Shown piece by piece: positions 1-14,119 of a stretch of 64,000 nucleotides of DNA. A model generated the notes under the pieces. It was not told the DNA's origin. It saw only the letters and a program-made list of their open reading frames with translations, and did not search any database. Every line of letters begins with the position of its first letter. Position 1 is the stretch's first letter. The stretch is from Octopus vulgaris (lineage: Eukaryota): NCBI GenBank assembly GCA_951406725.2, contig OX597819.1, forward strand, positions 33,666,001-33,730,000. Reading direction: 5' to 3'. A program made the position numbers and the translations under genes.

Positions 1-103
1 CCACTGTAGAACTGTACACAGAACATTCCCTTTTGTCAAACTTGATCAAGAGCTTGAGCCTAAAAGATCAATAATTTACTTTCCTAGTGGTAACTATATT
101 TAC

Positions 104-535
104 ACTCTCCCTCTTTACTCTTTTACTCTTTTACTTGTTTCAGTCATTTGACTGTGGCCATGCTGGAGCACCGCCTTTAGTCGAGCAAATCGACCCCGGG
201 ACTTATTCTTTGTAAGCCCAGTACTTATTCTATCAGTCTCTTTTGCTGAACCGCTAAGTTACGGGGCCGTAAACACACCAGCATTGGTTGTCAAGCAATG
301 CTTGGGGGACAAACACAGACACACAAACATATACACACACATACATATATACGACAGGCTTCTTTCAGTTTCCATCTAACAAATTCACTCACAAGGCATT
401 CGTCGGCCCGGGGCTATAGCAGAAGACACTTGCCCAAGATGTCACGCAGTGGGACTGAACCCGGAACCATGTGGTTGGTAAGCAAGCTACTTACCACACA
501 GCCACTCCTGCGCCTATATAGCCACTCCTGCGCCT
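104..535 (-). mobile_element. tRNA-derived SINE family A (internal microsatellite, AAAGAGT-repeat tail)
   Basis: Near-identical reverse complement of 21264-21693. Other copies near 1700-2105, 2405-2752, 7702-8060, 9283-9650, 9683-10077, 14985-15320, 22165-22623, 23625-24007, 24847-25622, 29441-29773, 29797-30197, 30265-30620, 36655-37057, 50783-51160, 55060-55490, 59480-60580. Confidence 0.9.
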
Positions 536-1043
536 ATATTTACATTACATTTATTTTTATCTTTCTTTTATCACCACATTTCCTTTGAATTATTTACTTG
601 TTATTGACCTGGATCCTCAATAGATTCCTCCAGTTCTGAAATTTATATTTAAGCAGAATAAAACTTGAAATTTTTTTTATTATAACAACATAAATTACAT
701 TATCTTTGTGTTTCACTAGTGTATATTAGTGTACTATGAGGTAATTGTTAGTCTAATGATCTGATATTATTGGGTGTTTATGCAACTGCCTATATAACAA
801 CCACCACAGAGATACTAGTATGTGCTAGTGAAACATGTGTAAAAGTTATATAATCTATGATGCGATAATAAAAAACATTTTGTAACTAAATCTCCAGTTT
901 AATTATGCTTCATCTAATTACATGTATTTCAAATTTCCAGAGACATTTGACAACAATGAGTCCACTGCATCTTATAGCAGAAACAACTGTAAGCTAATGA
1001 AGTTCATAACATAACCTGTTTATCCTGTGTCATTTCCTGTCCT

Positions 1044-1113
<70 letters not shown>

Positions 1114-4100
1114 ACCATCATCATCGTCATCATCATTTAACATCTGCTTTCCATGCTGGCATGGGTTAGACGGCTTGACTGAAACTGGCAAGCTGGAGAG
1201 CTGCACCAGGTTCCTATCTGATTTGGCAGTTTCTACAGCTGGATACTCTTCCTAATGCCAACCACTCCAAGATTGTAGTAGGTGCTTTTTACATGCCACC
1301 AGCATGGGTGCCAGTTATGTAACACTGGGCTTCAGCCACAACTACAATTTCACTTGGCTTGATGAGTCTTCTCGAGCATGGCATATCACCAAAGGTCTCA
1401 TACACACACACACACACACACAACAAGCTTCCACATAGTTGCTTCTGTATAGCAAATTCACTCAGAAAGCATTGCTTGGTCTGGGGATATAATACAAGAT
1501 TTTTGTTCAATTTGCTGCACAGCCATACCTGATCATCAGCAAATATATCCTTCCTTCTTTAATATGGCAGAGTGTGATATGAAAGTGATTTGGATGTTAT
1601 TTCTAGCAGACTGAACAACCACATAGAGGCTACTTCTTTACAAAGTAGAGTGGGTTTAACTAGCTACTTTACGAAAAGGAATTACAAGAAGAGCTCAGGT
1701 TTTCCCAGCTATATGGTTCTGGGTTCAGTCCCACTGCATGGCACCTTGGGCAAAGGTGTTCTACAATAGCCTTGCGTGTGATTTGGTAGATGGAAACTGG
1801 AAGAAGTCTATGATATGTGTGTGTGTGTGCATATGCATGCATGTGCATATGCATGCATGTGCATATATATGTGTGCGTGTGTCTGTGTTTGTCCCTCACT
1901 ACTGCTGGACAACCAATGTTGTTGTGTTTAGTTTATGTCCTCATAACTTAGCGGTTTGTCAAAAGACACTGATAGAATAAGTACCAGGCTTAAGAAAAAT
2001 AATAAGTCCTGGGGTTGATTCATTCAACTAACAAAAAATTCTTCAAGGTGGTGCTCCAGCATGGCCACAGTCTCATGACTGAAACAAGTAACAAATAAAA
2101 GATAAAAAATAAGCACTCAAAAAACATTGAAGATATTTCCTAGTTTCTTTGAGTAAACTGATCAAAATAACCCAAATGTTATCCTTATTAACGATGAATA
2201 CCAAAATGTTAAGAATATGAATTGTCATTTCTGCTACAAGAACATAATGAGAATCAGATTTTGTTAATTAAGAACAACTCTGGTTTCAGTCTAATTAAAT
2301 GTGTTATATGTTACTAAAAAATATTCCTTGCTGTTGTTTAACACCCGAGAAATAGCAGCTAAACACCTCTCATATCATATCCTACTTTATTTTTTTTTAC
2401 TTTTTGCTTATTTTGATCATTGGATTACAGCCATGCTTGTTGAACAAACTAACACAAGTAGTTGTTTTATCAGTCTCCAGTACTTATTCTATCAGTCTCT
2501 CTCTTGCTGAACTGCTAAATTACAAGGATGTAAACAAACCAACAGTGGTTGCTAGCGATGGTAGTGGTGGTGGAGAACAAAAACACAGACAAACACACAT
2601 GCATGCATGCACACACACAGTTTCCATCTTCCTAATTCACTCATAAAGTATTGGTTGACCATAGAAGACAGATGCCCAAGGTGTCATGCTGTAGGACTGA
2701 ACCAAAAACCACATAGTTGCAAAGCAAGATTCTTAACCACACAGTCATGCCTACAAAAAGGTGAATGCATTGGTTCCTGTACTCCTAGATATACTGTGTA
2801 TGATAATAAAAAGAATTGAAATGTCACAACTGGGAATGGCATAGACTATATATATATAACCACATCTCCCGGAATGAAGTACAAAGACTATATTAAGAGG
2901 ATATTGACTGCAAAATCACATCAAAACAAGGCAAGTGTTCCTTGAGAAACAAAGATAATTTTCAACAGCAATAAAATATTCCAAATCCACATGTCTCATC
3001 ATTAGGCCAATAACCTGTTGCTAAAATATCTTGAGGTAATTGACATTATGTTTGCAGACATCTGCGATGACAAGACAAATGGCCTAGTTATTACAGCATG
3101 TAAACTCAAAATTAAAAAACACTTCAACAGATGTTCTATCCTTATCACTCTGCTACTGTCACTATGGCGATAACTTGTCATTGATACAGTATCTTATAAG
3201 TCACAGGCCTAAATAACCAACAGTCAGCCATGAAAATAGCAATGGCTTTGCTATCAGCTGTGACTTATTGAATATAGACTCTAAAGTAGATATCTACGTC
3301 AGTCACTGTGCCCTGACATAAATATTGAGCACATTCTTTCCTACTCTGGACACAAGGCCTGAAATTTTGGGGGAGGGGACTAGTCAATTAGATCGACTGC
3401 AATACACAACTGGTACTTAATTTATCGACCCTGAAAGAATGAAAAGCAAAGTCAACCTTGGCGGAATTAATATTGAGCACATTATTGGCAGTAACCTATC
3501 AGAAATATACCTTAAAGTAATTGTTTAGATCACTGAGCCCAGATACTTCACCCACATTACTCTGTAAGGGGTATAGGACCGGTTTCCCTATTTCTCTGAT
3601 GAATACATTCTTCCCTGGATGGGGCACTGGTCCATCACAGGATTACTAATTTTTACTAGCTGAATGGACCAGCGTAACATAAAATGAAGTGTTTTACTCA
3701 AGAACACAATGCATTGACTAGTCGAGAAATTAAAACAGCAATGGCCCTATTATCACAAATAACATGCTAGATATAAGCCTTAAATAAACCTTATAAGCCT
3801 TAAAGTAAACCTAGTGATGTTGACATCATTACAGTGTGCAATTCCTTGGTTAAAGACCCTAAAGAAATTGTTTCGTTCATTCTGCTATGTTAATAGCAAT
3901 GGTCTTGTTATTACAAGTAGCATGCTGCATATAAACCATAAAGTAACTCACTACTTCATTCTGCAGTGATGATAGCAATGTTGTCATTATCTTAGTTAGA
4001 GACCTTAAAGCAACTATTACTCTCTTCAGCATTCTGCTTTGACATTAGAAATAATTATTAATTTAGCAAGACACCTGTTTCTGCTTCTCTGTCTCTCTGT

Positions 4101-5625
4101 CAGACTCTAACTTTTCATCGTCTGTCACAAGATCACCTCCTCCAATTCTCCATCCCCTCTCAAAATTCCTTGTCTTGTAAGTTACTTGATGGCCCTACTG
4201 GTGCCAGTGCCATGTAAAAAGTATCAAGTCCACACTGAAGTGGTTGGCATTTGGAAGGACATCCAGCTGTAAAAACCATGCCAAAACTGACCTCGCCTGG
4301 GCTGGTGCTATGTAAAAAAGCACTCAGTCCACTCTGCAGAGTGGTTGGAGTTAGGAAGAGCATCCAGCCGTAAAAACCATGCCTAAACACAGTAGCCTGG
4401 GGTAGTCTTCTACTAGATCAGCCCCTCAAATCATTCAACCCATGCCAGTATGGAAGGCAGACGCTAAATGATGATGATGATGATGGTGGTGGTGGTAGTA
4501 GTGGTGGTAGTGTTGGTGGTGGTATTGGTGTTGGTAGTGGTGTTGGTGGTGGTTGTGGTGGTGGTGATGGTGGTGGTGGTATTGGTGTTGGTAGTGGTGT
4601 TGGTGGTGGTGGTGGTGGTGGTGGTGGTGGTGATTCACTGGCGCAGGTCTTGTTTTTGTAAATAAAATCATATTCTTTCAGATTCCAGATGATCTGATTA
4701 ATGGAAGAGCCTGCTTGTTAAATTAACATGCAAGTGGCTGAGTACTTCACAGACATGCATGCCCTTAATGTAGTTCTAAGAGAGATTCTGCATAATACAG
4801 AATGTGACAAAGCTGGCCCTTGGAAACTCAGGTTGAACTCATTTTTACCAGCTGAGTGGAGTGGAGCAACATGAAATAAAGTGTCTTGCTCAAGGACACA
4901 ATGTTCCACCAAGAATCGAACTCACAACCTTATGATTGTAAGCCAAATACCCTAACCACTCGACCACACACCTTCACAATTTGTAAATAGGTAGCAAGGA
5001 AATGTACAGCTCATCACAACAAGTAGAAGATTTGTGATATAACGATGAGATGGTGGTGTTATCATCATGTTTTTATCAGTATTTCTGCTGTGCCACTTGG
5101 GGCATTGCCACTTTTTTGAGCTTTTTGAGCTTTTTGAGATGTGTGCAGCTTTGTCTATCAAAATGTAAAGTTGTATTTGTGCATTACATGCTTTGCTTTT
5201 GTTGTTTTTGGTGATGTTTTAGTGTTTTTGCCTGTTTGCTGTGTAGAATATGTATTCTGTGGGTTGTGTTATATTTCAGATGGTTGTTGTTTTTTTTTTT
5301 TTGTCTTGCCAAATATACACACACACACACTATATATATTTGTTCTTCACTCATTTATTATTGTTTTAATTTATCGTATGTCCATTGTCAGGAAATCTTT
5401 CATCACACATCTGTGACCTCTTCAGTAACTCTTTTATCCACATGTTTCCTTCTGTTGTGTTTAGTCTATTCTAAACAGAACAGGAGTAAACAGAACAAGA
5501 GGAAACATATGGAGTAAACAGAACAGGAGGAAACACGTGGATGGAAGAGTTGCTGAAGAAGTCACAGATGTGTAACAAAAGATTTCCAGACAATGGACAT
5601 AGCAGATAAAATAAGAACAATAATA

Positions 5626-6058
5626 GGATCTTTTGAGTTTGAACGGCAGTTTTTTCTAGCGGTGTCATATGAAATTGTCACCCATAATTATAACCCTAGT
5701 ATCGATCTATTGCATTTCAATCTATTTTAGGGTTAGTGTTAGTTAGGGTTAAGGTTAGGGGTGGGGAGAAGGGTATCTTTTTTTCTTTCCAAATGTAAAT
5801 AAACCCAATCTGTTTCTTAAACGAGGGACATATTCATATGGCACAGAATATTTTTACCTCAATAGATGTCAGTGATTGGTTGAAATTGCAGAAATTGAAG
5901 AAAAAAAAACAACAAATATCTTACAAACTATAGAATTTTCTCAATAAAGCCAAGAGAAAAAGATGTTTTATAAACACATTCTACCAATATACAAAGTTTA
6001 AAATTTTTTAATTACCTAGAAATTATGTTAAAAACTGCTGTTCAAACTGAAAAGATCC
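5626..6058. mobile_element. MITE with ~26-bp GGATCTTTTCGGTTTGAACGGCAGTT TIRs, 8-bp TSD and internal TTAGGG-like repeats
   Basis: TSD caataata at 5618-5625 and 6059-6066. Confidence 0.9.
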
Positions 6059-6649
6059 CAATAATAAGTGAGTGAAGGGTGAATACATAGTATGTGTGTT
6101 TATTTGGCAAGAAAAAAATGACCATCCCAAAATATAACAATATCTATTTCAAGACATGATTTCAAATCAGGAATCTTGCAAAACAAATTCATGAATAATA
6201 TTTCTGTTGCTTAGTTATTATGTAAAATATATATTGTGTTATGTGAGGGTGCATGGCCTAGTGGTTAAGGTGTTGCATTCACAACTGAGAGATCATGGTT
6301 TCAGTTCCTGCACAAGGTGGTGCATTGAGTTTTTGAGTAAAACACTTCATTTCTTGTTGCTCTATGACATGATCTTGTTGCTCTGACATGTGGTAATACC
6401 ATGCAGCTGTTCAAGCAACATTGATTTGATGGAGGGAGTGAGCTAATGTACAGCACATACATTTGATCACTATAAACAAATCATTTGTGCAGGTTGTTTA
6501 GCAGGAAATTGCAGAACCATCTTTCTGGGACTAACAGAGATTCGTATTGTGTTACTTTTGTTGGGTATCATTTCATTTCATTTAGTTTCAGCTCACGAGC
6601 TGTGGCCATGCTGGGGCACCGCCATTTGGTATTGCTACATGATTTTACT

Positions 6650-7040
6650 TCACAAATGCTTTTTAGCAATTGTCATTTGGTGCATGAGAGAGTTTGATGC
6701 AGCTGCCCTCATCTGTACCTCCTGCCATGAAGTTGGTTCATCTGGGACACCTGACAGGAAGAGGTCAAGCTTTATTTTAAAGACATCTGCATCCACCCCA
6801 TGCAGGTCTCTCAGGTCCTTCGGGAGGATATTGAAGAGCTGTGGACCTCTGAAGCCCAGGCTATCACAGTATCTTGTCCTACATCTTGATGGCAAATTTG
6901 GAGTCCTTGGCACTATGCAGCGGCGCCCAGTTCTAGTATTTGTGTAACTCTCGATGCCAAAGTTTGGGACAAGTCCTTCCAGGATCTTCCAGATGTATAT
7001 TATGGCATATCTTTCTCACCTACACTCTAAGGAATATCAT
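6650..7040 (-). mobile_element. CR1/L2-group LINE 3' ORF2 fragment
   Basis: SLGFRGPQLFNILPKDLR...FKIKLDLFL...PDEP resembles the C-terminal signature of these LINEs. Confidence 0.75.
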
Positions 7041-8583
7041 TTTTTTAGAGCAGTGTTTCTCATAATTTTTAAACACTGCAATTTTCCTTTTTGCAACACT
7101 TTGTGAAGGTCATTATCATATCGTTGATAATAAGCAATTAGAGAAGTGGTTGCATAGACAAGAATGACAATGCAAGGATGTTTTCATAGTTTTCTTATAT
7201 TCAACAGTTTATATGTACAAAGTATGTTTATGTAATACTGAAGAAAATTTCTGTGTCTGCAGGTAATATTTGAATATTTTGCAGCATGGAAGGTGTAGAG
7301 AATAATCTCATAAAATTCGTTATGTTGCATAGAGCAGATAAATTGAGAGATGAACGGATGACAACATCAAAACACAAGTATAATTACCCCTTGTTGATCG
7401 TGTATTCTTAGACTATTATATAATGATAAATAAGGCAGTGAACTGGCAGAAATGTTGGCACAGCAGGCAAAATGCTTAGTGGCATTTCCTCCATCTTTAC
7501 ATTCTGAGTTCAAATACCACTGAGGTCAACTTTGCTTTTTATCCTTTCAGGGTCAACAAATTAAGTACCAGTTGAGTACAGGAGTCAATGTAATTGACTA
7601 GTACTCTATCCGAAAATTTCTGGCCTTGTGCCTTTAGTAGAAAGGGTTATTATATTATTGATAATAAGCAATTAGGTAAGGGGTTATATGGACAAGATAA
7701 AGTTTACTCTTTTACTTGTCTCAGTCATTTGACTGCGGCCATGCTGGAGCAAATCGACCCCAGGACTTATTCTTTGGAAGCCTAGTACTTATTCTATTAG
7801 CTTTTTTTTTTTGCCGAACCGCTAAGTTACGGGGACATAAACACACCACCATCGGTTGTCAAGCAATGTTGGGGGACAAACACAAACACACAAATATATA
7901 CACACACATACATACATGTATACATATATACGACGGGCTTCCTTCAGTTTCCATCTACCAAATCCACTCATAAGGCTTTGGTTGGCCCGAGACTATAGTA
8001 GAAGACACTTGCCCAAGGTGCCACGCAGTGGGACTGAACCCGGAAACATATGGTTGGTTACAATGACAAGGGTTTTATTTGATCCGAATAACAGAACAGA
8101 ATATTGCAGTATACACTACGGTATATTACAATATCAACAGTATAAATAGTATATATTATATTCTACTATGGTTCAGAACAGTTACTATTACAAGTGACAC
8201 ACTGTTTATTAAGGTACCAGTAAACTGGTCTAGCAGCTGTAGGAATTGGAAGTTCCACTTGTAAATTAGCTCATATTTTAAGTTGTTCTCTAGACAGTCA
8301 GCATCTGGAAAGGTGGTGTTGCATGCTATACAACTCTAGAGATAATATATACTACGACCACACTATTTTACAGTGTAAATACAATACACCACAATATATC
8401 ACATTATCTGAGATTTATGTACATTATACCGCAGGGTAAACAGTATTTATCATGTTATACACGACACTATAGTATCAGTAATATACAGAAAACTATATTG
8501 TAACATATATATATATATATGTATATATATTATACCCTACAGTATAATGTACATAAATCTCAGATAATGAGATGTATTGTATT

Positions 8584-9240
<657 letters not shown>

Positions 9241-9438
9241 AAGAAGGAAGGTATATATATATATATATATAAATGTATGTATATGTGTGGTAAGAAGCTT
9301 GCTTCACAACCACATGGTTCCAGATTCAGTTCCGCTGAATGGCACCTTGGGCGAGTGTTTTCTACTATAGCCTTGGGCCAACTAAAGCCTTGTGAGCGGT
9401 TTTGGTAGATGGAAACTGAAAGAAGCCTGTCACATATC

Positions 9439-9487
<49 letters not shown>

Positions 9488-9651
9488 GTGTGTGTGTGTG
9501 CGTACATAGTTGTGTGTCAGTGTAAACGAGAGCAATAGAATAAGTACTAGGCTTACAAGGAATTAGTCCTGGGGTTAATTTGTTCGACTAAAGGCATTGC
9601 TCCAGCATGGCTGCAGTCAAATGACTGAAACAAGCAAACGAAAATAAAAGA

Positions 9652-9683
<32 letters not shown>

Positions 9684-10697
9684 TTTATTTGTTTCAGTCA
9701 TTTAACTGTGGCCATGCTAGAGCACTGCCTTTAGTCGAACAAATCAACCCCATCAACCCCAGGACTTATTCTTAGTAAGCCTAGTACTTATTCTATCGGT
9801 CTCTTTTGCCAAACTGCTAAGTTACGGGGATGTAAACATACTGATGTCGGTTGTCAAGTGACAGTGGGGAGACAAAGAGAAACACCATATATATATACAC
9901 ACACACACATATAATTACGACAGGCTTCTTTCAGTTTCTGTCCACCAAATCCACTTACAAGGCTTCGGTCAGCCCAAGACGAAAGTAGAAGACAGTTACC
10001 CAAGGTGCCACATAGTGGGACTAAACCCAGAACAATATGGTTGTTTAGCAAGCTACTTACCACACAACCACTCCTGCATGTGTATCATCATCACATCATC
10101 ATCATCATCATCATCGTTTAACGTCCATTTTCCATGCTAGCATGGGTTGGATGCTTCGACCGGGGTCTGGGAAGCCAGGAGGCTGCACCAGGCTCCAGAC
10201 TGATCTGGCAGTGTTTCTACAGCTGGATGCCCTTCCTAACGCCAACCGCTCCATGAGTGTAGTGGGCACCTTTTACGTGCCACCAGCACAGGGGCCTGAG
10301 GAGGCTAGCAATGGCCATAATTGGTTAGTGCATTTTATGTGCAACCGGCACGGAAGCCAGTCAAGGTGGTGCTGGCATCGGCATCGTTCGGATGGTGATT
10401 TTTACATGCCACCAGCACAGGTATCACAACTACAATTTCCATTTGATTTTTATTTTGATGTTGGTGTTGATCCAAGGAAAGCACAGCAGTTCGTCCTACG
10501 ATCCAAAGTACTTTGAATAGGCTGGGACTGGTTATGTGAAGCTGATGTAGGATATGCCGTGGACTCACTTTATTTGTCGGGTCTTCGCAGTCACAGCATA
10601 TCTCCAAAGGTCTCGGTCTTTCATCGTGAGGCCCAACATTCGAAGGTCATTCTTGACCACCTCATCGTATATGTGTGTATATACGTGTCTATATGTA

Positions 10698-10824
<127 letters not shown>

Positions 10825-10856
10825 GCATATATAGACACATATAAACAAACTTATAC

Positions 10857-11110
10857 TTGTCACTTTCTTGTTTGTATATCTGTGCACACCATTCATTGCC
10901 TTGTATGCCATAAGATCTGCCAACTTAACAGAGACCTCAAAAGACATTTTAAGATTCACAAAGATCAGAACTTAATTAATAGTCTGAACCAGATATGCAA
11001 TTTATGTGGGTGTCTTTTCAAAACATTTTCTGGTTTAAAAAAAAACACATCAGATGCCAGGATAGAAGTGTTCAAGCAGTGTTCAGACTCTGCATAAGGA
11101 ATAGACAACC
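10857..11110 (+). mobile_element. Decayed LINE 3' end with C2H2 zinc-finger-like motifs
   Basis: CLVCHKIC...LKRHFKIH and CNLCGCLFKTFSGLK; frameshifted; flanked by (TA)n; no splice signals seen. Confidence 0.45.
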
Positions 11111-11140
11111 ACCATATATGTATATATATATATATATAGT

Positions 11141-11495
11141 GGAGGCGCAATGGCCCAGTGGTTAGGGCAGCGGACTCGCGGTCATAGGATCGCGGGTTCG
11201 ATTCCCAGACCGGGCGTTGTGAGTGTTTATTGAGCAAAAACACCTAAAAGCTCCACGAGGCCCCGGCAGGGGATGGTGGTGATCCCTGCTGTACTCTTTC
11301 ACCACAACTTTCTCTCACTCTTACTTCCTGTTTCTGTTGTACCTGTATTTCAAGGGGCCGGCCTTGTCACTCTCTGTGTCACGCTGAATGTCCCCGAGAA
11401 CTACGTTAAGGGTGCATGTGTCTGTGGAGTGCTCAGCCACTTACATGTTAATCAACCGGAACCCTCATCGTCGTAACCGACGGAGTGCTTCCCCC
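11141..11495 (+). mobile_element. tRNA-derived SINE family C
   Basis: tggcccagtgg A box and gggttcgattcc B box; related copies near 4690-4975, 6245-6530, 13460-13760, 35285-35620, 46245-46385, 60600-60880. Confidence 0.85.
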
Positions 11496-11826
11496 ATATA
11501 TATATATATACACACACACACACCTCACAAACACATGTTATCACACACTCACACAGGCACTACCACATGCACACATGGTGCCATGCACACACATACACAC
11601 ACACATACTGACCATCTTTACACTCTCCTGTCCCAGAACCACTTTCTCTTTTTACTTCTCTCTTTTCACCGAGTCTCAAATTAATATATTGCTTTTGCAT
11701 GTACTCACGTTCATTTTCTCTTTTCTCTTTTTCTCTGTTTTTTAACTTTTTTGTTTTTTGTTGTTTGAATGGACTAATATATACTAGTTATACTATAAAG
11801 CATAGCTAGTGCCTAGTGATATGCTG

Positions 11827-12234
11827 GGATCTTTTCGGTTTGAACTGCAGTTCTTAACAATTTCTAGGTAACTAAAAAATTTTAAACTTTGTATACTAGT
11901 AGAATGTGTTTATAAAACATCTTTTTCTCTTGGCTTTATTGAGAAAATTCTATAGTTTGTAAGATATTTGTGGGTTTTTTTCTGCAATTTCTGCAATTTC
12001 AACCAATCAATTACGTCTATTGAGGTAAAAAACATTCTGTGCCGTATGAATATGTCCCTCGTTTAAGAAATAGATTGGGTTTATTTACATTTGTGAAGAA
12101 AAAAATATACCCTTCCCCCACCCCTAACCCTAAAACAGATAGAAATGCAATAGATCGATACTAGGGTCATAATTATGGGTGACAATTTCATATGACACCG
12201 CTAGAAAAAACTGCCGTTCAAACCAAAAAGATCC
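11827..12234. mobile_element. Same MITE family, opposite orientation
   Basis: TIRs at both ends; TSD atatgctg on both sides. Confidence 0.9.
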
Positions 12235-12464
12235 ATATGCTGACTTAATCTCCTGTTTGCCATTTGCAACAATAAAATTTACAACAGTTTGATACAATAA
12301 GTTATCAGCAAATATGTTTTGTGTTGGTTTGTTTGCATTCATAGAGTAAACGCTTCTGTTGAAGTTGAAAAGCTTCAAATAAAGGACACAGTCACTAGTC
12401 TTCAATGGCTGTGTATTTAGTAATTATCAAATTGGTCATAAAACATTTTTACCATTCTACTTAC

Positions 12465-12534
12465 ATCGAACCCAACGGTCAACTTCCATGGCAGAATCGG
12501 CAGTCAAGTAATAAGTTTTTTTGGAATTAGTGAC
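12465..12534 (-). CDS. PLEKHH2: PH domain 1, C-terminal exon (VTNSKKTYYLTADSAMEVDRWVR), 70 nt, phase 0/1
   Basis: KTYYLTADS...W, the PH beta7 strand and C-terminal helix Trp; ttttccag acceptor, gtaagt donor. Not in the ORF track. I found no further exon in 1-12464. Confidence 0.93.
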
Positions 12535-12577
12535 CTGGAAAAAAAGGTACAGAAGAGATAATGAAAGATTATAAATA

Positions 12578-12581
12578 CTGA

Positions 12582-12612
<31 letters not shown>

Positions 12613-12972
12613 GCAGGCAGGCAGAGACAGACAGACAGACAGACAGACAGACTGAGAAAGAGAGGGGGGATGGGGGATAAGAGAGAAGGTGTAAGAGAGG
12701 GGAGAAAGGGAGAGGAAAAGGGAAAGATAGAGAAAGAAAGTGTGGGGAGAGAGGGGGAGGAACAGAGGGGAGATTGAGGGAGGGATGAGTGGGAGAGAGA
12801 GGGGGACGGACGGGTGAGAGAGGGAGGGATGGAGGGGAGAAGGAGATGAAGTGAGAGAGAGGAAAGGGAAAGAAAGAAGGAGAGGTGAAGGAGGGAGAGA
12901 GAAGAGGAGAGAGAGAGTGAGATTGAGAGAGAGAGAGAGAAAAAGGAAGAGAGAGAGAGAGTGAGAGAGAGA
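12578..12972. repeat. Polypurine (GA-rich) low-complexity tract
   Basis: About 400 nt almost entirely G/A on the plus strand. Confidence 0.95.
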
Positions 12973-13837
12973 TTAAGATATTTATTAGGCTGGCTTCAGA
13001 GGCTTAATAGAAAAATCTCAGAGCAAAAAGAAAGGAAAGAAACTCAACACTTAAGCATTTAAACCAGCCAGATCCAGCCTCTCTCACCTTCCCTACAATG
13101 CCATTCTAAAAATAAACAATTACATCACTGAAATCTCAAAGCTATGAGATAATTCATGATTAATACAAAATGATAAGAATAAATAAGCATTACATTTGAC
13201 AGAATAATCTGAATGCTAAAGGGTTAAGTCAAGATAAGGAGCAATCCCTATTACCATCATCATCATCATCATCATCACCATTTAATGTCCATTTTCCATG
13301 ATAGCATAGTTTGGATGATTTGACAGTAGTTGGCAAGCTGGAGAGTTGTACCAGGCTCCACTTGGAATGATTTCTATGGCTTGATGCCCTTCCTAACGTC
13401 AACCACTTTACAGCGTGTACTGGGTGCTTTTTATGTGGCATCATTGCCACTCCATCGATTATGATAACGAGGGTTGAGGGTTCCAGTTGATCCGATCAAC
13501 GGAACAGTCTGCTCATGAAATTAATGCATAAATGGTTGAGCACTCCACAGACACGTGTGTCTTTAACATAGTTCCCAGGGAGATCCAGCTTGACACAGAA
13601 TGTGACAAAGGTGGCCCTTTGAAATACAAGTGCTACTGAATTTTGCCAGCAGAGTGGACCGGAGCAACGTGAAATAAAGTGTCTTACTCAAGGACACAAT
13701 GCATCACCAGGAATTGAACTCATGACCTTACAATCATGAGCCGAAGAGCCTAACCACTAAGTGCAGCATCAGTACCAGTACTTTATATGTAGCATCAGCA
13801 TAGGTGCTTTTTGTGTGGTACCAGCACAAGTACTTGA

Positions 13838-14119
13838 TATGGGCACCAGTATGGACTCCAGTATGGGCACCAGTATGGGCACCAGTATGGGCACCAGTAT
13901 GGCCCCCAGTATGGGCTCCAGTATGAGCACCAGTATGGGCTCCAGTATGGGCACCAGTATGGGCTCCAGTATGGGCTCCAGTATGGACTCCAGTATGGGC
14001 ACCAGTATGGACTCCAGTACGGGCCCCAGTATGGGCACCAGTATGGGCACCAGTATGGGCTCCAGTATAGGCACCAATGTGGGCTCCAGTATGGGCTCCA
14101 GTATGGGCACCAGTATGGA
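13838..14119. repeat. 12-bp minisatellite (TATGGGC[A/T]CCAG)n, about 23 units
   Basis: Read directly from the sequence. Confidence 0.97.

Noticed and set aside
11141-11215. Intact tRNA gene
   Set aside because: A tRNA-like head that continues into a multicopy SINE body and lacks a proper acceptor stem.
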